Assembly (NCBI GenBank): GCA_964035545.1
Contig: OZ037767.1
Coordinates: forward strand, 2,429,680-2,493,679
Direction of reading: 5' to 3'
DNA: 64,000 bases
DNA from: Bugula neritina
Taxonomy: Eukaryota; Animalia; Bryozoa
The notes below the pieces were generated by a model. The model did no database searches. It was not told the DNA's origin and saw nothing but the letters and a program-made list of their open reading frames with translations. Position 1 is the stretch's first letter, and each line of letters begins with the position of its first letter. Below are positions 36,901-48,700 of the stretch, in pieces. The position numbers and the translations under genes were made by a program.

Positions 36901-38995
36901 GGCAAAGTCTAGGAGGTGGTAGAAACCAGTTTGAACAGATTACTTACTAACCGAACAATACTGTGCATGTGTAACACCAGCTGGTTCAAACCAGTCAACT
37001 ATCTCTGTTCACCAGTTTGATAGACAGGGAAACTGACAGTAGAGCGCAGGTGCTTCAACACACAACACAAGCTATTCTGAAAACTGCCATGTCATTATCC
37101 AGAACACCCCTTTCCCAATCTTCACCTTTTTGAGTATTTCAAGAACCCGTGACCTTTCTAGCAATGTCATATTGTATCAGTGGCTGTGCTGATCGCGTTA
37201 TATCCCCTGCACGATTTCATTTAGGAGCAATAGTGGAGAACTTGAGATATCCTGAGTTTTTTAATTTTGCTATTAAATTTTGGTTTGGGGGCGAGAATAT
37301 AACTTCTAATGCTACATTTCTATCTAGAACACAGGCTTTTCTCAATTTCTTCATTGCTGTACCTACCTACACTATTTCAGTGTTCAAAGCACTGCATCTT
37401 GTTATCAATACAAAATAATTTATGGCAAACAAAGCTGTGTGTCCATGGTGACAATTCTTTTGCCAGTTACATAAAATTCGTGTGCTTTCAGGGGCAATTT
37501 TTCCTGAACTGCTATGCATGTGCTGTGTTATGATATTTTCCTTCCATGTCCACATATTCATGTTACTAGGATAATTACCATGTCAATATGGCTATTCCGC
37601 AAACACTGACTACTTTATCACAGAATTATGGCCAGCATTATCATACCTTATTTGGTGCTTTGCTGTAACTAGTTATTTAGGCTATAAACTATTTCAAACA
37701 ATCTCAGGATTGGAAAAAGTCATCTATAGTATAGAAACCTAAGAATGGTTTAGCTGTTTGCATTAATCAAACAACTTCTCATGTTGAAAAGTTTGCAACA
37801 ATTTGTGACAATAAAAAATAGCAGTTCTAAGCCAACCTAAAATATATAGGTATTTGAGGTAGCGCCCTCTAGTATATTCGATGTTATACTATATTATATA
37901 ATAATATTGGGTAGCAATATATATAATAATAGCGATAGTAATATCATATCAATGTAAATATTATTCACTAGTTCACTATTTACCTTCAAAGTCAGGTAAA
38001 TGCGCGAAGGAATTTCCACAACAAATGACGGCATCAAACAGCTTGATAGGCACGTCACCGTCAGCATCCAGGTCTTCTTTCAACGTCAGCCAATTAGCCT
38101 CCTTTATTACTACAACACGCAGAAAGTATAAGGCACACCTACAGAGTATACTTTGTTGACGGAGGGGGGGGGGGGTAGAAACCGTTGTTAATAAAATACT
38201 AAACTGGTAACACCGTGTGGCCATGTTTACCCCATTTGTCGAATTTGGCCTCTTTCCTTCTCCTCCATCTCTCCTCCAGAGCAGATTTTAACATTTTGTC
38301 ACTAGCATCACAGCTGACTACCTCGAACCCTTCTTCTAGCAGCATAACCGAGTCGATACTACAAGAACATATGAAATAATGCTGCTGTAAAACATATGTG
38401 ATCATAAATCGTGCTTTATTTGAAATTACTGTATAAACACTTGAAATGTTTGAAATACATTGATTGTGTTTTTCACTCGACAAGTTTTATAAGTTGGTTT
38501 TACAGCATTGGAAGTTGTCTTTCTTTCCAAAGACAAATTTACAAGGCTATAGCAAAAACACAACACAGAACTTTTATAAATTCTATCAGTAAAATGTTTT
38601 ATCCTCAGCCAATTGCAGCTGGTGTAACATAATTTCAGGAAAAAGTTGCTGCATTGAAAAATTTTTCTTATATTTCCCTGGGACTATGATCTGATCTCTA
38701 TATAAAGAAAAACTCTGATCGGTTTCAGGGAATAAATTTATTAAAATATTTAAAGTTCAGTGAACTTTCACGCAGTTTTCTCCTACCCAGTTCCACAAGC
38801 AACATCAATAACAGTTTTCACTCCTCTGTCCTTGAAGGTCTGAACAAACCATTCCTTGTAGGCATCGGTTCTGCTGGTCTTACCTCCCATGTACAGCTCC
38901 CAGACCTTTGCTGCTCGTCCGTCAGCATACTGGTCTGGCAGACCCACTGTGGGCACACCAAGTGACCGAGTACGATATATGCCATCAATCGACAT
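33994..38995 (-). CDS. GNMT: Glycine N-methyltransferase, about 307 aa, 6 coding exons
   Basis: Exons 38787-38995, 38231-38358, 37984-38109, 35505-35647, 34763-34905, 33994-34168. They are phase-consistent and sum to 924 nt. Hallmarks: [26 protein letters not shown] motif [72 protein letters not shown]. Confidence 0.97.
34200..34445. repeat. AT-rich roughly 18-bp minisatellite (AATATAGTAATATATAT) next to the last GNMT acceptor
   Basis: Repeated aatatagtaat units; these explain the I/L/Y/T-rich spurious ORF 34088-34381. Confidence 0.85.
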
Positions 38996-41900
38996 TTTTT
39001 TCTCTAACCTGTAATTAGGCATTTAAACGGGTGAATCACTCAAAAATCGTCCTTTGTAACACACTTATCATATTTGAGGAAGTGTATTATTATTACTATT
39101 ATTACTATTATTATTATTACTTTGCCAGTTTTAAAAGTAACTTTTATTCAATAAACTAGCTGCATGTCAGTAAAAATCAATGGCTTACAACATGTGTTTA
39201 AGACAATTATTTAAAAAAACACTATTTGTAAAGAAAATTGAGTAAATTCTGCACACATACTGTAGCACTTTAATTTAAAAAGTGAACGGGACCAGAATTT
39301 TTTAAACTGTTCACAATACCTGAACCTACACATTACTATTAGATTTTAAACATGCTATGCATTTATATTATCCAGTTGACATTTTAGCACTTAATAAAAA
39401 CAGAACAAGTAAGGTCGTATAATAAACTAAAAACAGTGGCTCATAATATAATTTAAACTGTTGTCGCAACAGTGTATTATTAATCAACAAGGAGCAAAAC
39501 ACGTTTTTTATCTCTGAATAATTTAGTTATCTCACCGTTGAAAATTTCTTTACTACAAGACAAACCATTATGCCATTTTTATTATGATATTTTCATCAAC
39601 AAAGACTGCTACTAATCAGTTTTACTCATCAATACTGGTAGAAAACACTTGATAATAAAGTTTGTTAGTACAATACTATGAGATTACTGTGGCCATTACT
39701 ACTAGTTATAGAAAACATAACACTGTAAATAATAAAATATTGCATTTAAAATTAATACATAAGCCTAAGGAAATTTAGAACTAAAGTTATAACACTTTTA
39801 AATGTTGTAAGAGTGAGAAAGAGCCCAAGGTTAATAATAAACGGAGGAACAAATGATAATTATTCACAAGCTGAAGTTAAATTTTTACACTATTACTATT
39901 AGTAATACTGTAAGTGTAATGGTATTGCTTTTTTATTCCTTTTGGCTCTATCACTTCTACTTCTAGTTCCAATCATAATGATTATGAATTACTATTACTA
40001 AATATTAGTATTGTTAAATATTCTAATTTAAATATTAAATATATAAATTATGTCCAAATATATTCATTACTAACTTCCAGTTTCAAAGACTAAAAGTAAA
40101 AGTAAATAACCTTAAAGAATTATTTTGACTACCATAATGAATATCAATATGAATATGGTGATCATTATCATTTGTCATTTTGATACTCACACTGATAGCT
40201 ATCATCAATACAATTATTACTAATACAATACAATTAATTATCATTCAGTGATTCTGATTTTATTAATATTTATATTAATTTAGTAATTATTTTATTTCAA
40301 TAACTAATAACTCTAAGTATAAGTCATAAGTGTCAAACTCAGTGATCAACGTTAACGGTGAATGGTGTTCACATTAGCCATTAGGTGTAAAATTTAATGC
40401 TAATCAGTAATCAGTAATTGCAAATTGTGATTGTCATTGTGATTGAGATTCAGATAGTCATACTCATAGTCATAGTGTCACCCGGATCACAATCACAATG
40501 ACTATGAGTATGACAAATGTGAAATGAGTAATTGTTATTGTAAAACTAAATGCATGATAAATGACAATCACAATGTAAATGTCATTGATCTAAAAAGCAA
40601 TACGGATGTGAAACTGAAAGTCAATGTATGATATGCTAATGAGTAAAGTTTAAAAATATTTTTTGAAACTATGCATGTTTGAGAAATTGATTCACGTTTA
40701 CCACCACCAAATATACCGCAACTGTGGTTAGTTGCAGGCGTATTATGGCTTTTATAGGCTTGAACTTTACGCGATAAACCGCTACTTCAGACTCTACCAA
40801 TTGCAAGAGCCTATTTCACTGGCCACTCATTTGTTGCATTCTGTGTTTTAATTGGAGGTTCTATCTGATATTCATTGCGCAATAATCGCACTCTTGCAGC
40901 TGCGTAGATAAGAAGTTATAGTACACCGCGAATAACTACCTGCAGAGTTATCGTATATTTAGTTGCAAAATACTGGTAAAGACAACTTCGAAATTAAAAC
41001 AAGTAATATAATTATAATTAAATTAAGTTACAATTTTCAAAGTTATAATTATTTTACCTCAGTTTTACAGCCAGCTAAAACCAACATTTTACAAGCAAAA
41101 CAGACCGTTAGCACTTGCAAATGCTTCAGAAAAAATGATATCAGAGATTATTTACTTGTGTAAAGGAATACTCACAAAAATGTACTTTTCCACATCGAAA
41201 ATAAACACTTTTACAGCCCATGCATATCATACAGCTATATAAAATTAAAGTGCGAGTAAAAATAGAAACATGAAACATATTGCAGCGCATGCAGCAGGTA
41301 TTAAAGCAGTGAAGATGGTAGAAACTACAAAATGCATTATATGTAGAAGCATAATATTAAAAGTATTGTCGACAGTTGAACAAAAGTAATCTAGCCAACT
41401 AAAGTGATCATATGAACTAGCTTTCAACAATCAGTATTTATGGCCATGAGACTGGCTATTATCTTAACAGATCAGATAGAGATAGGTAGACCACCTGCCC
41501 TTAGAATGTCACATTGTCTACAGGTGGCCTCCTCAATATGGCTTTAGCCACACCACAACATTACCTGCATATATTATCCATCTCATAGAACAGTTCTTTG
41601 ATAGTCTGAGAATGGGCAGTAGTAAGAAAAGTGTGTGTTTAGAGATTAGACAATGCGTATAAATGCAGGTAAAGATTAGCCAACATCAGTATTCAGTGTT
41701 TTAGGGAAGATAACTCTTGAGATATGAGCTGCTAGTATATTAAATTATAGGAGCCATTTTTAAATAGCTTTGTGATTCTGGTAGAAAATATGAAAGAAAA
41801 GAACCATTTAAAAAATGTACAATATTTGCTCAAAAATTTGTGAGCAACTGGAAAAAAATTCTTGCACTTTGTCTTGGAGTAGACAGCTCTTCACTTCAAA

Positions 41901-42764
41901 GGGTACTCTCCTTTAAAATTCATAAACAATTATTTAATTTTGAAGTACAGTTTATTTTTAAACATATTTTTCATATCTTTAACTCCTCCAAACTAAAACA
42001 TAAATTATTTGTCATCAAGAATAACTCATAATATAATTTTAGCAAAATTAAAAATACAAACTACTAATTATATTCAGTGGAATGTATAACACTAATTCCA
42101 ATGACAATCACCACAAGAATACAAATAACATTCAAATTAAAATAAAATATACACAGCACCATAACCATAAGTGACATGTTCATCAAAAGCTTGTATATAC
42201 ACCAAATAAAATACTACAAAACAATTATATTAATTTGAATTAATTCCAGTGGCTAAATATTATAACTTTTCCTACCATAGAGACAGCTTAAATTAAAAAG
42301 AAGTTATTATAAAAGAAAACAGAAAATTAGTAAACAGCTACATTAACTCTTGACTTCATTGTTATTGTATCAATAATCGACCAGTATTGCTTCATCCTCC
42401 AATCAAGTTACAGGATACTTTGCAAACCAGTGGCTCCTCATTATATTCCATTCCAGGTAGTCAATGCACCACTACTCTTTGTTGAGGAAGGCTAGAAACC
42501 TCGAGCTGCCAAGTCTACAGTTAACTCACATACTAACTTGTGGCAGCAGTGCAAACAATAAATGTAACCTGCTGACTCATTTTACTGCTGACTACTAATA
42601 ATTTAAGTTTTAAAATAAATCTATAAATAGCAAATGTCCGAGTGACATTATCCGGTATATTTTAATTTTAGAAATAATGATATATTGCATGACTCATCAT
42701 ACATGTCTTAGTGTTAAGTGATCAAGAGGTTGATAAGTGCGGGACGCCATTTCAGACACCCAAA

Positions 42765-45700
42765 CTATGTGGTAAAGAGTGCTTCATAGAACTCGGACTC
42801 AGTACACTCGTAACGATACTTGTTTATTATGTCCTGCATCTTCTGCACTCGCCTGTTGTGGGGTATTAGACTCCTGAAATGTAAATAGCTCATAGCATCG
42901 AGTATTAAGTAGTGTCTCAAGTAATAATAAAAAAAATTATTAATAAAATAAAATATATTATATTACATTAATAAAATAAAATAATTGATACTAATTATTA
43001 TTAATTCAAAATCTTTTTTAAAACTTTACTGAAGTCATTCTATTTAGAGAGTAGAGAGCAACACTTACAATTCATTCAGCAAACGTTTACGAGCGGCCAT
43101 GTTGACAGCTGTCTGTCTGATCAAAACTCCTAAAGTCCTCTTCAGACACACCATTCCATCTACCAATGGCAAGGGAGTCCCACACCTTGAATATACGACA
43201 TTAAATGAAATCATACGACATTGATTATACTTGACATTAAAAAGAAAAGGAGATTCTAGTGGTGATAATGTTTTCTTTCCTAGTGGTAAACCAGTGCCTA
43301 TTAAACAGTGGGATAACACACATTCGTTGTATTCTCAGTGATACAAATTTTACCAATGCCATTTGTTAGCAAAGAAATAAAAGCAGCCGTGGTGAAAAGG
43401 TTAGAGCATGACAAGGTCATGAGTTTGACCCCCCCCCCCCCGTCATTGGTGCTGTCAGAAAGAGCATCCAATTATAACTGCTTCTATGCCACAGCAAAAC
43501 CCCTCAAACCATGTTGGCAGCATAGAAGGAGGCGCAGTCATAGGCCCGCTCTAGGATTTTTTTGTCACAAAATAGGACTTTAAACAGATGAGAGTACTTA
43601 ATAGTAAATAACAGTGCAAACATACAAAGGAAATCCTACACAACAAACAATTAAATGTGGGTTGGCCACTGAAATCCTGTTTTTCACAGGTGTAGTAAAA
43701 TGTAACTATACAAAGCCAATCCTATATGGCAAGTACCTCTCAGTGTGGGTAGTAACGTGTACCCTGACAAGGCCGCTGCTCAGAGCTGTCACGTATACTA
43801 TCATATACTCAGCCGGTGTACCGCTGTCGTTGGGTCCGTTTGTTGATGACAGCAGATCCTCTACAACACAGCATGGTGTGTCAAGTCATCAGAAGATAGA
43901 CAAGATACTGGACATCCGCCAGGAAATGTGATGTCTGGTCATTTATAAAACATATTTGGAGTTGTCACCCTTAGAACTGAACAATTTAGTGATATGGTGG
44001 TGTGAAATTGCTAGCAGTTAATAAAGTAAATAATTTTAGTTATTTTAAGCTACAAATAGTTATGTAACAGTAGCTCGTAGATGACATGAGACGAATGAGT
44101 TTCTTGTAAATTCTTAACTTGATAGTTATTATTGCCAGGCAAAGATCATCTGCTGCACTATCTTGCATTGTGAGAAAGATTTACTGAGTCTAACCAACTA
44201 AACCCATTGTAAAATTTAATGAGACAAAATGTTCAAAAAGCGTCAATAAAGTATTATTCATACTGCAGAATACAGTTGTACTATTATGTCAGGAGCAAGC
44301 AACTCTCAAGTTATGTAATTATACAAAAAGTGTTGGCTGGTGGAAGACATTTTTGTAACTCTGTATAGTGATGATGTCATAAAGGGTGTGGCTGCAGAAT
44401 ATCTTATGTCATATAAATTAGTTTAAGAAGTATTTCGAAAAACCGTTAACAGACTATTGAAAAGAAATGGTGAAAAATTTAATTTAAAAATGTGTTGAGA
44501 ATATAAGAGGTAACTTGGTAGTATAATTTCTCAACAGTTAAGCTGTGTGAGCATTAGTTGCCCATTGATGGAGTGGTTAATGGTGACGGCTTCACTGCAA
44601 AAATAGCATTTATGCTACGATTGGATGACGGAGTTTGACTCTCTGACTGACAGTTTGACTGTGTGACTAACAGTTCAACAGTATGACTGACAGTTTTACT
44701 TAGCGACTGAAAGTGAAGTAGATCAATACAACTGACATTGTCTAACAAATTCTGACTAACCCAGAGGCACTGTTTCTTGATCTTCCACTCGCTCACACCA
44801 AACAACCAAAGTTCTCACTTCCTGCAGACTTTTGGAAACTCTAGAAGATTCTTTACCAGAACCGCTGGACTTTCGGTCAGAAGACGCAGTCTCTGGTGAT
44901 GCTTGAGCGACCGGGATAGTTTTATTACCTAGATAGAGAACAGTAACTGTTAATCATTGCTTGTGTAGAAAAGATTAGCTCGTTGATTATATGGTACAAG
45001 ATATGGCGAGGCATTGATTTTCTAAGCTCTTTGTAAAATATGAAGTCATAATTATTAATAGTTTGTAAGATTTGAAAGATTCAAAAAGTTACTCAACTTT
45101 GTTTGTACATACAGACAGTTTTCTTGCAACAAAAATAAAAATTTTCTATTAGGTTTACAATACATAACAACAATATTTAGAAGAATAGAATTTTATGCTG
45201 TATCATCCGAAGAGTAAGCCAATCATCATCTGCTTGTTATCATGGAAATGATAACCCAGTGAATACGGAATATTTTATTCCAGACTATTTTTTTAAGCAA
45301 CTGAGAGTCATTCCACTCAAAACTATGGAATTCATTTACTAAAACTACTCTTACAATAATTACTACACAAAAAAGAGAAACACGGCATATAACTGTAGTA
45401 GCAACAAAATTTGAAAACAGAAAAAAAATATTTTAAGCACCTTAAAATATTTGAACAAACCAATTGTAATCTATTATTTTAGATATTTGACCAAAATAAA
45501 TTGATAACTATATAATAAAAATATATAAAACTGTAAAGAGTAACAATTGAGTTCAAATAACAATCAGATATAAAACTCATCTAGAAAGTAGTGTCATGTA
45601 AAATCTCAGCTTCTACAATGTGCAGTGAGATTAGCCTGTGACTAAAGGTAAGGTCAGCTAATGAGGTGCAACAAGCATAGTAGAAGGAGTGCAAGTGTGG

Positions 45701-48700
45701 ATTCACTGTGTTTAATTAATCATACATGACTGCATGCATAAGATAAATTTATAGAAAGTTACACTAATTGTAAAATATTATAACAGATATTTTAATTAGT
45801 AACTAGTAATTAGACACCAGTAGAGTTGCAAATCTTTTGTTTTAAATCAACAAAAAAGCAAATGTTTGTGAGTTCGAATCACTGATGGAATAAATACTGA
45901 GAGCTAACACCATGTAGACAGAGAAGTATAGTTGTAGGACATGCTCTTCAATCAGGTTATACCAACGATTTCTCCAGATTTCACTTCTGAAACACTTTTT
46001 CGACGAGAAAGTCGGTCATCTGCAATCCTGCTGATAATCTTTTTTATTCCTTTTCCAATACTTTTTGGTTTTTTCACACTTTCACCGTCCCCAGCAAAAC
46101 TTCCTCGTCGTTCAGCATCTGAAGCTTGAAATTCTGAATAACCCCAAACAGTAAGTTATGTTTAAAACTAAACTAAAAATAACTTTTTAAAAAAGTAAGT
46201 TATTTTTTTGCAATAGCCCACGTACAAGCTTACCAAGCTTAGAAATCTCTTTCTTTTCTTTTCCAGACTTTTCAGATTTTCTTAGTTTATGCTGATTAAT
46301 CAGATCATTGCGGTCGTCTATTGATATAACTCCCATGGCCAGGTCGTATGTTATACGTCGCACTGCTTGGCGTTGATTGACAGCAAAAGGTGGTGATTTT
46401 GATGTGAACTCATCACTTGGTGGCTCTGAAATGGTTCTATTTATTTTCTTTTTAAAATATTTAGCCCCAGATCTTCTCAAAGCATCTTCTGTATCTATTG
46501 CATCATCATCACCCAGGAAACTGCTCTCAGCACCCTGTGGAGTAACTTCACATACTTCAGGTTCAGAAGATAACAAATCTCCTTCATTTGATGTCTCCAT
46601 TAGCAAGCTAGTTGGCCCCGCACCTCTTTGGTGTTTCACTTCAAGCTCGTTCTCTAACTCACTGCTTTCTGTTACAAGACTTTCATTCAGACTTGCCAAA
46701 GCACCGGCTGATGATTCTTCACTGACAGCAACTCCACTTAAAACAGGTTTATCTTCTATGGGACTCAGTCTTTCCGCCACTTTTTCCAACCTATGCTGAT
46801 TGAACAGAGCAATTTGTCGCTCGGTTACTACATCCAGACTTGACCTTCGCTGAGTCGCACTTCTAAACTCGCTAGCCGACCGCCTTCTGCTTCCTAAACT
46901 GAACTTCCTGTTGGCGCTTTGCTTATTTACTTTTCTCACACCAGAAAACAACGAAAACAAAAAAAAGCTTATTCTGATGCATTTTTTTTCAACTCACAGC
47001 TGTTGATTATATCAACATTATAATACTACTAATCCATGTTTTAATGTACATAGCAGACAAACACACATAGATCACAAATTTGAAGTACACTTCAACCAAT
47101 TTCTGCTGACACAAATGAATTTATCGACTAATACTGTTTTTAAATCCCACAGCAGATATCACTTACCTTGAGACTGGTTGAGTTTAGACAGGTAAGTATT
47201 CCGCTCCTCTGTAGGTACAATAAACGCAACTTCCGTTCGGCTGTCACTCCAGTACAGCAGCCATCTTGTGCCGTCAAAGGCAGCCGGGCCACGCGAAGAC
47301 GGAATTTGATCTGAAATACACAACTTCAAATTAAGACGATGCTGAGAACAACTAATCCAGATGCACTACTGCCAGTTAACACTGCATAGCTTCTCTGATT
47401 AGTATACAGTTGAATATTACATTGTATTACAACCACCAATAGAAGTTGCTTTTACATCTGATTAAGTGACTAACACCATCAATAGTATACAGCTTCGTGA
47501 GAAATTCAATCCGTATATTAAACGCAATCTGATTGGACGACTACACTTCAGCTATTACCTGGTTCCTGGCTCGGGTAGGGAGAAGCCTTAGCTCCAGACT
47601 TAGTAGCACCCGTCCAGCCGGGGTGTGTGTGGATATTCACTGGCCACCCCATGGATAACAGCAAGTCTTTAAAGTCACTGTTTAAAGACTTGTAACTTTT
47701 CTACAAATTAATAAAAAAGTAAACTTTTACAGACCCAATAATATGTATTTTTTGTTTATTAATTTTTTCACTAGTTTGCTTTCAAATGTCAGTATTTGTA
47801 GCTATTACAATGAAATATATTACCATTGTATCAAATACAGATATATATTATCAGTAGTTGCTATGCAACACAACGTTATGTCCTCCATCATTCCCCATGT
47901 TACAGAATGTTTATATGTACCGTGTTGTCCAGAATATCCGATACTTTATTCTGCCCAGCCTTCACATAAAACACATAAACAGTATCTCTTGTTCTGTTTG
48001 CAATCTGGTCTAAATCTTTAAGAGACTCTATAAACGCGGCATCCCCTGAATCAAGTCGACACAGGTAAGGGGGCATACCCTGGCACTCCTGCAAAGTGTA
48101 AAAGTATTACTAAGAATTAAGTCTAAGCACATAAAATGACCATGGCATGGTCACTGACAGAATGAAAAACAACTTTCAGATTTGTAACTTCCATTAGCTG
48201 ATGGTCCAACGTCTGCTGTTATTGCGACGTCTGCTAGAAAATGTAGTCCAACTGCTGTTACCAGTAACAGATGCTGTAGTCTATTAAAAGCTGATTATTA
48301 ATAAAAATTAAAAAAGGTACAGATAAAAATTGTAAAAAATAGGAAAACAAGAAACTGTACGACTATTCAACCATGCTTTGAAAATTTACCAAAAAATATT
48401 TTTACTCTGTAATTGCGCGGTGATCTGCTGTGTAGATGATGAGCAGTTTATAAAGATAAAAATACTTTTTGCATTTAATTTAAATCCAATTAAATTCCTT
48501 GTCCAATAATTTAAACTGGTATAATAAAATATATATATAAAATCACACATAACAGATAAGCAGTGGTATAACCTGTAAAGACTGAGAACTAAGTAAGCCG
48601 AGCTGAGAGAGGAGAACTCTGGCACTCTGACTCTGGTTACGGGCTGGTAGTGGTTCACACTCGCTGGAGGCGGGTGACGCTGAATGAGCGAGTGAAGGGC

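Noticed and set aside
37149-37561. Overlapping short ORFs in GNMT intron 3
   Set aside because: No recognisable motifs or consistent splice structure.
17192-38995. TAT plus GNMT as a metabolic gene cluster or operon, given that all genes are co-oriented
   Set aside because: The two genes are separated by a TLR and a tRNA. Intergenic gaps are kilobases long and TAT has its own promoter-like region, so there is no sequence evidence for co-transcription.
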